Assembly (NCBI GenBank): GCA_010093705.1
Contig: MU006106.1
Span: 337,086 to 401,085 of the forward strand
DNA: 64,000 nucleotides
Direction of reading: 5' to 3'
From: Patellaria atrata CBS 101060
Taxonomy: Eukaryota
Made by a program: the position numbers and the translations under genes
The notes under the pieces: model-generated
What the model was told of the DNA's origin: nothing
The model's database searches: none
The model's input: only the letters and a program-made list of their open reading frames with translations
Shown: in pieces, positions 25,295-38,500 of the stretch
Position numbering within the stretch: the stretch's first letter is position 1
Layout: each line of letters begins with the position of its first letter

Positions 25295-26675
25295 CTTTTG
25301 CGGGTCAAGCGGTACTTGTACTTTTCAATGAGACAACGTAAGCTATCCGTGGGCCACTCGATACCGTGAATGAAGAACTTGTGTTTTAATCTGTAGTAAG
25401 TTTGCAGTTGTCGGAGAGTATCTTGATACTGCAATCGGGGACTTGTGGTTAGAAACTCGCATACGAGAAATGCAGAGAAAATGAATGCGCAGAGACACAG
25501 GATAGGATAAACATCAATTTGAATAGAACTAATTCTACTGGAGGCCTGATCCTGTTCTCTGAAGAGTCTGCTCTCTCATCAGCACCGCTATTCTCGTCAT
25601 CATCGTCTTAGCTTATGTTAGTCCGCGGTTAATGGCACGACTACATCCCTTCAACCTGCAACTAAGGATGACTGTATCTCGTCTATGAGGCTCTTGACAA
25701 ATGGCCTGCCACTTTTAATGGTACCAGCGCTGCATGGCGAAGTAAAAGCCACGATGATAAAGACTTTAAAAAATTGAATGACTTCTATTAAGGTTGGTTG
25801 AAAGTGCTGACTGATCATACTAAAGTTAGATACAAGGTGAGCCCAGGAACGGATTGTAGCGCTGCTGATCAGAAACTAAACACTACCCCCATGCAAAACC
25901 CGTCTAGACGTCAGAATTTTAAGAATCTAAACAGAAATATAGTACTCTTTATAGCGAAGAATATAATCTACCACTATAAAAATTTGAAATCGGACGTTTA
26001 GTAGGAGATTTCGTAGATAGAAATCTATAGAATTACCGCGGGCACAGACGTGCACAGATAATAACGCTACAATCCGTTCATGGGAGTACCTTGTAGCAGA
26101 ACCGATTGCGCGATTCGTCGAAAGTGGGAAAGTTTGAAAAGCAGATGATTCGAGCGTTGTGCGCTTTGGGTAAGCGTAATTCTGGTTCATCAGGGGTTAT
26201 AGCAACCGTTCTCTCTCTCTCACCGTATTCAAAGGTTTGATATGCCAGATTCCTCGTGTCGCTCAGTTGCTGTGTCTGAATATCGCATAAGATGAGAATT
26301 ACACTGCCATGAATTAAGAGAAGATCAAACAGAATTCCTTCCCCAACTCCCGCTTCTGTGCGAAGTTCAATTCCAAGGAACCTCGTCTGAATGAAGAGTA
26401 AATGAGAGGAATTCTGCACATCAGGTTTCATTTCATTATGATATGTAGACTATCTAAACCATCTCTAGTATGGTTGCATTATACATACAGTATCATAAAC
26501 ATACCATAAATCTTCGTGAGTATCAATTGCATCAGGACATTAAGCTAAACTCAAAACTGCCACAGTAAATGATGCATACCTTTTAACACACCGCCTCCGC
26601 ATGTCCCATCATGACATTAGTTTTTCAGGGACTGGTAATTGATCATTGACCATCAACCGAGGACTCCGAATCCCA

Positions 26676-28516
26676 TCAAACAGCCACACCAATGAAACCC
26701 ATAAAGGCCACCAAGACTCCGAAGCTGGCGACGTTCTTCGGTGCAGAGCCTCCGGTATACATCGGAGGAGGTGTTGGAGTTGCGATAACCGAAGAGACAT
26801 TGCCAGATGAATAGACAGAGGTCAAAGTAGGTGGGATACTGTACGTGATTACAGATGTAATTGGTGGTAAGGTTGGAGCTGAGGAGCTGCTTTCTTCGAT
26901 GGTACTGGTCGATGTGACGGGAACGACAGTAATAACCGAAGTAGGGACTGAGCTAATGGAAGACGAGGCGAGAGCTGAAGTAGTCACCGGCGGTGGAAGA
27001 ACCACAGAATATGATGAGACCGGGGGCGGGATGTCGGATGATACCGGTGGAGGAACATCCTCAGAGTATGAAGATACCGGAGGAACAACCGCGGAAGATG
27101 AAGATACCGGAGGAACATCTGCGGATGACGAAGATGCCGGAGGAACTACCACTGTGTACGAAGATACTGATGGAACAACAACGGACAAGCTTGTCGAGGA
27201 GCTGACTGCTGCAGAAGACGATGTCGATGAACTGGCCATAACGCTTGATGATGAAACGACTGGCGCAGATGAGGCCGACGAACTGGCATCAACACTTGAT
27301 GATGATGAAACCACTGGCGCAGACGAGGTTGATGAACTTGCTGCAGCGCTTGATGACGATGAAACCACGGGCACAGAGGAGGTCGACGAACTGGCAACAA
27401 NNNNNNNNNNNNNNNNNNNNNNNNNNNNNNNNNNNNNNNNNNNNNNNNNNNNNNNNNNNNNNNNNNNNNNNNNNNNNNNNNNNNNNNNNNNNNNNNNNNN
27501 NNNNNNNNNNNNNNNNNNNNACTTGATGATGATGAAACCACTGACGCAGACGAGGTTGATGGACTTGCTGTAGCGCTAGATGATGATGAAACCACTGGCG
27601 TAGACGAGACTGATGAACTTGCCACAACACTTGACAGTGTATAGACGGGCGGGGACGGAACTGTTGAACTCAATACTGCAGTCGAGGTGGAAGAGCTTGG
27701 CGGTGCGGGTGGAATTGACGAACTCACGACCACTGTCGATGTGGAAGTGGAGGTGGATGACAGAACCGCTGAAACCGTCGATGTCGTCGGTACAATAGTA
27801 GGCGTGGGTGGAGGGAGATAGACGCTGTAAGTGTGCGGAGTGGTGAAAGTTCCCAGAGTAATGGTGCTTGGGACTGTGCTCAAGGTGATTGTGTCCGTCC
27901 GAGTCAGAGTGATGGTATCGGGGAGACTAGCAGAGCTGCTCAAATCCGGCGGTCCACCCGAGGTTGAAGTGAGAGTTGCAAAGATGCTGCTCCAATCATA
28001 GGTACTCCAGTTGATCTCAGTGAGGTAGGAGGAGGTCAATGTGACAGGGCAGATGGTTGTCGAAACGGGGATGATGGAGGTGACAATTGCCGTCGACTGT
28101 GCTGGACAGTGCGTGATGCTAGGAGCACAACTGGTAACGGTGATGTATGAAGTCGAAAGCACCGTAGAGGTTGCAATAGCGGCCTGGATCTCGACAAGCA
28201 TAACACTTGTTCCGGCACCCTGGCGAGGCAAGACATGACGTTCATCAGGTACTGCTCACCAGTTAGTCTGAGGTCTTTGTGGAAGAAGTGAGAGCTCAAG
28301 GAAGATAGTTGGCGACTTGTGGAAAAAAAAGAATTTGGAGACATCAAGAAAGCTCAGTACTTACACCAACGGCGTTCAATTTTCAATTTTCCTTAAGAAG
28401 TCGTTAGCAGAAAGGTTCAGTCAAGGTCAATGGTTGTTCGAACCTTCGGGATTACGGATTGCATTCACTCCACCTGAGATGGCAGCAAGCACTGCAGCGA
28501 ACTTGTTCAGATGCAT
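26676..28516 (-). CDS. Secreted GPI-anchored Ser/Thr/Pro-rich cell-wall protein (adhesin/mucin-like); spans an assembly gap
   Basis: Signal peptide [19 protein letters not shown], two short introns, [15 protein letters not shown] motif, S/T/P repeats, C-terminal [22 protein letters not shown]-type signal. Confidence 0.8.
27000..27625 (-). repeat. Intragenic coding tandem repeats (~60-63 bp '[16 protein letters not shown]' units and ~30-33 bp 'VPPVSSSS' units)
   Basis: Recurring GATGATGAAACCACTGGCGCAGACGAGG and GAAGATACCGGAGGAACA on the + strand, on both sides of the N gap. Confidence 0.85.
27401..27520. other. Assembly gap (N run)
   Basis: Run of n characters inside the tandem repeats. Confidence 1.
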
Positions 28517-29882
28517 CTTGACCGGTTTTCCAACTGTCGATCTTCGAGTTGAGGTTCGTCTTCGGTTGAGCTCAGAGGATGAACAATTGCAGGAGATCAA
28601 GGACAATTCGAGACGATGCAGATGAACGATTGTGATGAAGTTGGTTGAGAAGAAGGAGAAATGAAAGAATGAGAAGAGACGAGATTAAGAAGGGAAGAAA
28701 TTATCGCCAAGCTCAGGTATCCAGAGATGGGAGGCGCGATATATGAGAGAAAGAGGAAGGCAGGATAGACTTATGGGGTAGGAGCTTGGTAACAACAGAT
28801 GAAAAGGCTCATCTTTTAGGTAGTGCGTTGTCAGTATCTCTTGCTAACCTTTCGATCTCGCCCCACACCGTCGACAGATGTCACCAAAGTGACTGGAATG
28901 GACTTTCTGCTGTTGTGTCTTGATCTTGCTTTTAGAGACTCTAGTCATCGCGATACAGGAACGGCATTGCACGATGCGGTTCAACGACATACAGCAAGTC
29001 CACCTTGACTTTAAGTACAAGGCCCTCTAGTGTCGGGATTTCGTACATTTCGATAAGCTTTGACAACTCGTTCCTGCTCGATACTGTTCACGGTTGAATA
29101 ATTTCGTAAGGTACGAAGTCGTACCACATGTCCCACAGAATCGTCAATCAGACGGGTTTGGATCTGTTCTAGATATTGTACAACACAATATCGTACCTTC
29201 CCTAGTCGTAGGAAACAATGGCTTATCCCTATAGAGATGGTTAGTTGCAGTTTATCAGGTACCGGATAATATATGTTATTCTCAGGTCTTACATCGTCAA
29301 CATCTTCAAGGTCGTCGTGCTCCTCTCTCTCTAAGGTCTACCGATGATTTATCGGTCTTGATGACAAGGTTCGCATGGCCAGGTCTAAGATTGACAATGA
29401 GCTCTGTGTTAGAACGCGGTGAAGCTGCGTGGTGGCTTTCGAATATCTCTTCTCAGCTCTCTGTGGAGTGGAGTTTCGGTATCATCCTGTTTGCCCTGCC
29501 CTTTTCGAATCCCCGTACATTCCAAGTTAGCACTCCTACATCACTTTAACCTGGCTTTACACGCACTGGCGCACTCCAGATTCGAATGATCAATGACCTC
29601 TCAATATACTATTGCTGAGGGAGTTATAGAATTGACGGCTCACTGTACCTCCTAGCCTATCACGTGCAGTGGACTCATTTCTTTTAAGAGCCTCTGTACA
29701 GTATATCAGTACCTTGCTCTCTAGTAGAGGAAAAAGGCTCCGTATGGACGTCAAACCTGTGATCTGTCCGTATAATTCACCGGATGTTAAAACTGGAGAA
29801 TCTTCCCCACACGGTAAGGAACTTGTCTGTGCAATTGCGACCAGTCATCATATTGTCCTGAGCAGACACTTGCCCGACCCTT

Positions 29883-30784
29883 CTAACCACCAGCACCATC
29901 GCTCTTCCCAATCCTCATCGCCTCAAGAAACATCCCCTCACAGTCTTCCTTCCCCTTCAACCCATCCACCACATCGCTCAACTTCTCCACCTCCGTAACT
30001 CCCTCAGTCCCCATCCCACACACCCTCCTCTCCACCACAACCTCCGCCCTGATCTGCAGCGCCTGCCACCGTAACCCCTTAACCCTCCCAACAAACTCAT
30101 CCACATCGCCTTCCTCGCCCTCAACGAACACCGCGCCGGGGTATCCAGGACGCGCGTACCCACCCAGACGTAGCTCCTTACTCCAAGCGCGGATATCACG
30201 GCGTTTGGAAGTCGCAAGGAGGTGATGGGACCAGATGACTACTCTCTTAACCCTACCCATTACCCCCTTCCGCTCCTCCTTACCATAACCCTCTCCCCTA
30301 CCATCCCTATCCTCATCCCCATCCCTTTCCTTCTCCTCCTCCTCCAATCCCAAAAGATACCCTAAGAACCCAGACACAAGAACATCCAACCCCTCCTCCC
30401 CCTCCTCCATCTCCTCCATAAATCTCCTCAGCCAACTCCTCGCTTCTTTCCTCCTCCCTGTCCCGACATTCCCCCCGCAGCTGAGATAAACACCCGGCTT
30501 TCCCTTTTCCGGATACGTGGGCGGGAGCGTGATGGCGAGGGTATACCCGGCTGTCCGGCCGAACCATTGTATCAGCCTCACGCCTCGTTGTGGTGAAGAC
30601 TTAGGCTGGGGACTCGTGAAGGGGAGCACGTACGTTGGATCTCGATGCTGAATTCGAGGTCTTCCGTCAGGGGGGAGGGGGAGGAAGAGGGAGAGGTGGG
30701 GGAAGGAGGGTACCGCCAGTGGAACTCGGAGGGGTACATGGAGGAGAGGAGGGCGAGTTCGTTGAGTTGGCGTGAGCGGTTCAT
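29883..30784 (-). CDS. RWD-domain protein (RWDD2/DUF1115-like); intron 30633-30551
   Basis: RQLNELALLSSMYPSEF, LAITLPPTYP, VIWSHHLLATSKRRDI, LGGYARPGYPGAVFVEG, LRWQ. Confidence 0.85.
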
Positions 30785-31220
30785 GGAGGGTGGTGGTGGA
30801 GATTTTTTAATTTTTATTTATTTTTTTTTGGAGGGGGGGAAAGGGTAGGGTTGGTATGAAGGTAATGTGGGTATTTGTGTAGTTTCCGTTTAGGGACTGG
30901 GATCGCTACGTCATTGGTTGCTTATCGATAAGCAGGGGGAAGTGTGGGGTAGGTACTACTACTTTAGATTCTGGATTGATGATGATAATTCGTGGAGAAC
31001 ATGCTTTGTATGATTGAATTGCTAAATCTGCAAGACGTTATTATAAGTTTAAGGAGTTTAAGATATCAACGCTATGATGCTACTATAGTGACGTATAAAA
31101 CTACCTTACCTATTTCCAGGGGTAGCTCCCTTACCTTAGCTGCCTACTTAGCTTCAAGTCTCTATAAAATAGTAGCCTAACCATCCAAAAACCAAAACTG
31201 TCTACAGAAATTCCCCAAAA

Positions 31221-32818
31221 ATGAAGGAAATAGACTACGACGCCTCCATCCTGATAGTAGGAGGAGGATCGTGGGGCCTAGCAACCGCACTCGAGCTCGT
31301 CAGGCGGGGTCACAAAAACATAACTGTTCTAGACGGTAATGACATCCCCTCACCCATCGCAGCGGGTAACGATTTGAACAAGATCATGGAGGAAGGTGAG
31401 TTAAAAAACCGTAGTACAGTAAATTCGGCGTCGGCATTATTCATTTCGAAACATCATCTCAGTTGAACTACGGTCAAACACCCCTTGGACAAACTATCCC
31501 CTTCCTACCCCTTATTCAACCCCAACCCCCTCATCCATTCTAACTCGCTCACATACAACTAGGCGACGAAGCGGACGACGACAAAGAGACCGAATACTTC
31601 TGGAACACCCTCCGCCGCCTCGCCGCCACATCCTGGCTCACCGACCCCATCTACGCCCCCTTCTACCACCCCACCGGCTTCATAATGTGCTGCGAGTCCA
31701 ACCCCTCCGCCTGGGACCTAGTGCAATCCTACGCGCGCGGCCGGGAGTCGGAAATGACGCCCCTACACTCCCCCGAGGACTTCCGCGCCACCATGGCCCC
31801 CGGGGCGTTAACGGGGAGCTTTCCGGGCTGGCGTGGGTTCTGGAAGCGCGAGCGGGCGGGGTGGGTGTTCGCACGGGGGACGATGGAGGCGGTTCGCGGC
31901 GAGTGCGCGAGGTTGGGTGTTAGATTTGTCACGGGGCCGAAGGGGAAGGTGGTCAAGCTCGTTGTTCGCGATAATGGCGACGGTAAGGGGGATGATGTTA
32001 TGGGTGTGGAGACCGCGGATGGGGTGGTGCGGTTCGTGCAGACGACCATTCTGACGGCGGGCGCCAATGCGGATGCGTTGCTGGATTTTGAGCGACAGCT
32101 GAGACCTACGGCGTGGACGATTGCGCATGTGGGGTTGACGGCTGAAGAGGCGCTGAGGTTGAGGGATATGCCCGTGCCGTATAATTGCGAGAGAGGGTTT
32201 TTTATTGAACCGAGTTTTGAGACGCATGAGTTGAAGGTTTGCGATGAGCATCCTGGATATATCAATCTCGAGGTGGATGTTGAGATTGCTATGGAGAAGG
32301 GGGAGCTCTGGGAACGCTCGGTTCCGGTCCAGAAGGATAAAATTCCCGTTGAAAGTGCGAGGGCAGTGCGCGAGCTTTTGAACCTGACTTTGCCTGACTT
32401 TGCGCATCGACCGTTTACACATACGAGGTTGTGCTGGGATGCGGATACGGCGGATCGAAGATATTTGATTACCCGGCATCCGAAATATCCCTCGCTTGTT
32501 CTTGGGGTCGGGGGTTCGGGACATGGGTTTGGTTTAGCGCCTGCTGCGGGAAAGGTGATTGCGGATACGGTGGAAGGATGCGTAGATGAGAGACTCGCGC
32601 CATTATTGAGGTGGAGGCCGGAGACGGCAAAGGGGAGAACGTGGTGGGAGACTCAGGGTAGGTTTGGGGCCGGAGTGGGTGTGAGAGATATAAAAAATGT
32701 AGCGGGGTGGGTTGGAGTTGGTGATGAAGACGAAGATGAAGATACAGCGGGGGAAGGAAGAGGAATGGAATCCAAAGAAGATGAAAAGGAAACGGGGAGC
32801 GTGTTCTCAAAGGTCTGA
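31221..32818 (+). CDS. Fructosyl-amino acid oxidase (amadoriase)/sarcosine oxidase-family flavoenzyme; intron 31396-31562
   Basis: GGGSWG dinucleotide-binding motif, AAGNDLNKI, RPTAWTIAH, KVCDEHPGY, RLCWDADT, GGSGHGF, RWRPETA. Confidence 0.88.
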
Positions 32819-35045
32819 CAGACTGTCAGGGGATTCTTGGGATTGGGGTAGTAGAATTCCTTTAGATGTTTATGAGATACCGAAATGAATGAGATTCAAT
32901 GAGCATGCGTTGAGTGTGTTGATGTACAGAAGATGAGTAGATCGCGTTCAAGGAGGATATACCAAACATTCGGAGTTGGGAACGATTCTCTGCTAATCTA
33001 CTTTCTGATTTATTTCCTTGTACTGTATTTCTCATTCTTTATGATGCTTTTATTTCATACTTTATTGTTCTCTTTTGATAATTCGATACCCTTAGTCGAG
33101 TAGAGAGCGGTGGGGCCTACGACATCCTCTAGCGACAGGACGTGAGACTGTTTGACGGTCTCCCGTTTTGCGTTTCACATCGCATTCTTTTCTTTTTTCC
33201 AGTAGAGACTTGGATTGTAGATAGTTCTGGACCATATGAGTAACAAAGTATGCGATACGATACACGCATCCAAGCGAGTAGTTGTGAAAACAGGAATACA
33301 TTTCTCTTAATCAGAGGTTACCTCTCAATATCCCATCTCCAAACCATATGAATTTTTAGGAAAGAAATGGAGAGTACGGACTACGGAGGAGGTGTAGGAG
33401 GATATGATTGAAATAGTGAACATAAGTTTAATCCTGACGAGCAAGGATAAATAACTGGAAATTCTCGGGAACGGGTTTTCCAACCTGACGGGTGGAACAT
33501 CCTCATCCTCTCGGCCAGCGCCGAGATGGTAATATGAGATGTATCCTTGTGTCAGGTGGAGTAAGTTTAGTGGCAGTCTCTCCTTTCATGGCTAAGGTCA
33601 TGCTGCTAGAAACCTCGGTCGAAGCGATATAATTTTGCAGCATACTCTATCAAACCTACCATATCAAGAGACAGTCATTTCCATTCTGACCTAATATTCT
33701 CCAATGAGCACCTAAGCCGACTGAGATGCGCCACAGTTCAAAGGGGAATGTTCGTGCACGGACCCTGCTCTCGCTGTCTTGCCTCCTTCCAGATACACGT
33801 GCTTCAGTGATTGGCCACGACGAGTCCAACTCAGATATCTGATCAATCACCTAACACGGCACCGATTTGAAGGACTCGAGTACTTTCAGTCTCTCCCTCT
33901 TCTAGCCCTAGATGTTGTGCAGACAAGCTTCCCAAGCAATCTGAAGGAGTGCTGGCGCTGAGTTCCCGATATGCTTGAATACCACAACCAAGACTCCAAG
34001 AGATCTTGTAAAGACAAGAGATTGCAAGAAAGCTTAGTTCTTGCTTGTGCAGGAATGATAAAATTGAACGTCACGTCTTGAACTTCGTACGTTAATTATA
34101 TCTACCCACTCCATAACGGTGGTTCCGTCTCGATATCGGCCCCATATTGACGGATGAAAACTTGAGCTGAGCCTCTGATGCAGGCAAACTCTTAGAAGCG
34201 TCCTCAGCCTTCCAGAAAGGATGTAGGCTGATTTGCAGGGTAGCTTGACCGCAGATGCCTGACTTGCTGCTGCTGCGCGCAATTTGAGTGAGACAGCACA
34301 AGAGACACCATAACCGGGTATTCGGTACTATATTTCTCATACTAATATGTACGGAAACATTCAAACAGAAATTAGAGATGCAGAAAGGGTAGAGAAGGGG
34401 TTATTGTTGTAAAGGCAGCCACGACGGAGATAATGGAACTAAAGCTTGTGACATGAGAATAACGACAGTTTCTCAAAGACCTTATCTGAACAGTGAATCG
34501 ACATACGCAGAACTGATGGCAGAAACATTGACAATAGGTTGTATTGATCCCGGTGGAGAATTGAAGACATCATACATCAAAAAGCTTGTTGCTAGAACGA
34601 CATATATGATATCAACGAAAGTATCTTCAGACCAAAGAAAATGTGCCTTGCTACCACATGTCTTTGCACGCCGTCCTTATACGGATGAAATAGTAAAGTT
34701 CCTAACGAGATCGGTTTACGTCCTCTTCCCCGATATAGTTTCTCTTTGTGGAACTACAATGATAAGTCAGAATGCGAGAAACTGTACTAACTTGATGGAC
34801 AGATGCAGGGAGTTTCGCAACCGAGCCAAACGGATCCCCAATGGGGTTATTGGCCGGTTGACAGCGTTTTGAAAGATTTGATAGTCAACAAGAACGGCGA
34901 TTATTCGCTGATATCTTACTAACCGACTGCAAATCGGGTGTGGTAGGTTTTGGTTCTAGATGGAGGATGTTGAGGGTAAGAGATGCAGTTGGAATAACCA
35001 TGCTGAAGATGTTTTCATTGTCGTTTGATAGCCAATGATCTCTTA

Positions 35046-35053
35046 CACGTGGG
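35046..35053 (+). promoter_or_regulatory. Pho4/NUC-1/PalcA-type bHLH site upstream of PHO84
   Basis: CACGTGGG about 860 bp upstream of the ATG; another CACGTGC at 33796-33802. Confidence 0.5.
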
Positions 35054-35906
35054 CTTGGTATTTGCTCTTTCCTATCCAATCGTAAACATCAAAACGGAAG
35101 TGGCCAATATGGTCTGAAATTTCGTCAACCTCCGAACCTTAACCGGAACATATCTCACCCCGAGGGATGTCCCTCAACGATGCTCCCCCACATTTTACGT
35201 TGCAACATGAGATGATTGAGAGATGCCACGGATATCTTAGTTTCTCTTGGACTTTTCTTGTCGTTTCTTTAACCCGAGAAGAGTCTTATCTGCTTTCTTG
35301 GACCTTGGCTCTAACACATAGCCGGGGAATAGTGATGTCTTAGTTGCATCTTAAGATCCGCTTCTTGACTACATGTCAAAATTCTCACCCCTCGGGACAT
35401 CGCAGACAATTCCAGGGCTGTGATGAACATCCCACCATGACAATGCCGCGTTAAATCTTCTTTAACGAGATGTTGGTAGCATCTCATCTCCATACACGGC
35501 AAATTTTCCGCACCGAAGTAGCATACTGCGTGCAACTTCCCAGCATACTGATTGGACCCCGGTACAAGGCACCTTTGATCAGAGCCTTCTAGCATGGCTC
35601 ATTCTAGGGCCAGTCTATTTCAATTTTTAGCAAGACCAATTGCCTTTTTCTTTTTCATGATCTACCCTAGAACTAGGTACTGCACTTCCAACTTCGTGGC
35701 GCACATGCATTTTGACGCATCTGGATGCTACTCTACCTACCCCGTCGATATAAACCTCTCAGTTTCGCTCCTCCAACTTTCCCCTCCGTCTTTCTCGTCC
35801 ATCTTTCTCCTTCCTCAGTATTTCTCCCTGTTCCTACTTTCCGTCACACTCCTAGGTAGTGGTATTCCTTCTTTCCTTCTAGCAATCTTATCAACCTAGG
35901 CCAACC

Positions 35907-37757
35907 ATGGCCAATCTTATGGTTAACCAGGTCGTCCACAAGACCTCTGGTGGAAATGCAGCCTTTCACAACTTTCACAATGACTATGCTCATATTGCTG
36001 ATCCCAATGAGCGGAGAAGACTCGCGTTAGCTGAGATCGACAAGGCACCATTTGGTTGGTACCATGTACGAGCTGTCGTTGTCGCCGGTATTGGTTTTTT
36101 TACCGATGCCTACGATATCTTCGCCATTAATCTAGCCATTGCAATGATGGGTGTCGTTTATTTCCAAGATCGGGCGACCAAGGCTGGTACCATGCCTACC
36201 AATGCGGATACAGCTATCAAAGTCTCGACTTCCGCCGGTACGGTTATTGGTCAGGTTGGTTTCGGTATTCTAGCAGATATCGTTGGTCGTAAAAAGATGT
36301 ATGGTGAGTAAATTGTCTTCTCCCGGATTTAATTCAATATCGTCTAACATCCTCTAGGCCTCGAGTTGATTATTATCATCTTCGCCACCCTTGCACAAGC
36401 TCTCACCTCTGATTCAGCTGCCATCTCATTCGTGGGTCTTATAATCTTCTGGAGAGTGTTAATGGGTATTGGTATTGGTGGTGATTACCCACTTTCTTCC
36501 ATTATCACTTCAGAGTAAGTTGAATGCTTCTATTGAACCTATACATAACTTAACTTGCATAGATTTGCGACAACGAAATGGAGAGGTGCTATGATGGGAG
36601 CTGTCTTCGCCATGCAAGGTATCGGGCAGTTTGCAGCAGCTATGATTGCACTCATCGTTACCGCTGGATTCAAAGAGTCTCTTCAAACCGCTAGTTCCGT
36701 CTCCGAATGCGATGGCGTCTGTCTCCTTGCCGTCGACAAGATGTGGCGGGTAATCATCGGCTTTGGTGCTGTTCCTGGTTGTGTCGCTCTCTACTACCGT
36801 CTTACTATTCCCGAAACTCCCCGCTACACCTTTGATGTTGCCCGTGACATTGTCAAAGGCGGTTCAGATATCAAAGCGTACCACGCTGGTGTTCCGCAAG
36901 GTCATCCCGACGAGATTGAGCGCGTCCGTGAGATGCAAACAAATGCCGAAAATCTTGAGATTCCTCAGGCATCCTGGCGGGACTTTTTCCGTCATTATGG
37001 CCAGTGGAGGCACGGCAAGGTTCTCCTCGGTACCGCGGGCTCATGGTTCCTACTGGATGTCGCTTTCTACGGTCTTGGTTTGAATAATTCTATCATTCTG
37101 CGCCAAATCGGATACTCCAAGGGCAACGATGTCTACAGAGTTTTCTACAACAACGCTGTCGGGAATCTCATTCTCGTCTGCGCCGGTGCGATTCCCGGAT
37201 ACTGGGTCACTGTTGCTACCGTTGACACTATCGGCCGCAAGCCCATCCAAATCATGGGTTTCGTACTCCTTACTGTTCTCTTCTGCATCATCGGATTCGG
37301 ATACCATCATATCGGTGAGAAGGGTCTATTTGCTTGCTACGTCCTCTCCCAGTTCTTCTTCAACTTCGGTCCCAACGCTACCACTTTCATCGTGCCCGGA
37401 GAGTGCTTCCCAACCCGCTACAGGTCGTCTTCCCACGGCATTTCCGCCGCCTCGGGCAAGGTCGGCGCCATCATCGCTCAAGTGCTTATCGGACCTCTTA
37501 GGACCCGTGGCGCACCTCCAGGGTCTTCAGACTCACCTTGGTTAAACCACGTCATGCAGATCTACTCTGTATTTATGTTCGCAGGTATTTTCACGAGTTT
37601 TTTAATCCCAGAGACGAAGAGGAAGACTCTGGAACAGCTGGCTGGTGAAGTGCCAGGCACGCCGGAATACGATGCCGAGGCTGTCGGAAATAGACCTGCG
37701 TTGAAGGGGAGCGATAATGGGAGTGGGGAGCATGTTGTTGGTGAGAAGGCTGTGTAG
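35907..37757 (+). CDS. PHO84: High-affinity inorganic phosphate:H+ symporter (MFS); introns 36304-36357 and 36515-36562
   Basis: ERRRLALAEIDKAPFGWYH, GFFTDAYD, GIGIGGDYPLS, TIPETPRYT, FGPNATTFIVPGECFPTRYRS. Confidence 0.96.
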
Positions 37758-38500
37758 ACGAATCCTTACCCTTAATGGGCATCTTGTAATATATCCTAGC
37801 GTCTTTCATTTGGGGTTTAACGGTGAGGGGGTGGGTGTATAGATTGACGCTCGTTGTCTTGAAGGGGGGGAAGATGCCCCTGGGTTTCGCTATTGTAGAC
37901 CATGATACCGATATTTGATGACATGTTCACATCATAAGTTCTCGTTCGTTATTGTGCGTATCTAAGTGATGTGATGTGATGTGTTTGTTTCCAAACTCAT
38001 ATTCCAAAGCATGTGTCTCGAGAAGCTTCCCATCGTGAAATCTGTTCGTTCGAGGAATAGTGTACGAGGAATATAAAGGCCTTGTTCGACTGATGTCAAG
38101 GTTGAGGTGAACTTTTGCATGCTTCAAAACTTCATATTCATCGTTTCTGAGGCTTCATCGAGGTGGATTGGGAATTATGAAGTTTGGAGGGAATTAGTTG
38201 GGAACTATGATGAAGGTTTTTTTATTGAGAGGGTTTTTTGGTTGATGGTGTTGAGGAAGATGGTTGCCGGTCCAGTCATTACCTGAGGGGAGGGCGTAAG
38301 GTGAGGTGGTTTCACTGGATGACTTGGCTTCTTAATCTGTCTTATTATCCCTCCACTATTTTTTGAGGTGTTTCTATAATGTTCCTCTTTTTTTTTTCTT
38401 TTACTTCCATTCACGAAGCTCCGGTTCTGTTTCCCTCAGGACTCCCGAAACGACTACTCATATCTGTGGAAAGTTAATGCAGATCCCCAACCCGTCATCC

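Noticed and set aside
34453..34872. 139-aa ORF upstream of PHO84 (also small ORFs at 17261-17518, 23735-24049, 42464-42863)
   Set aside because: No recognisable motifs, codon bias or supporting splice structure; cannot be supported without a homology search.
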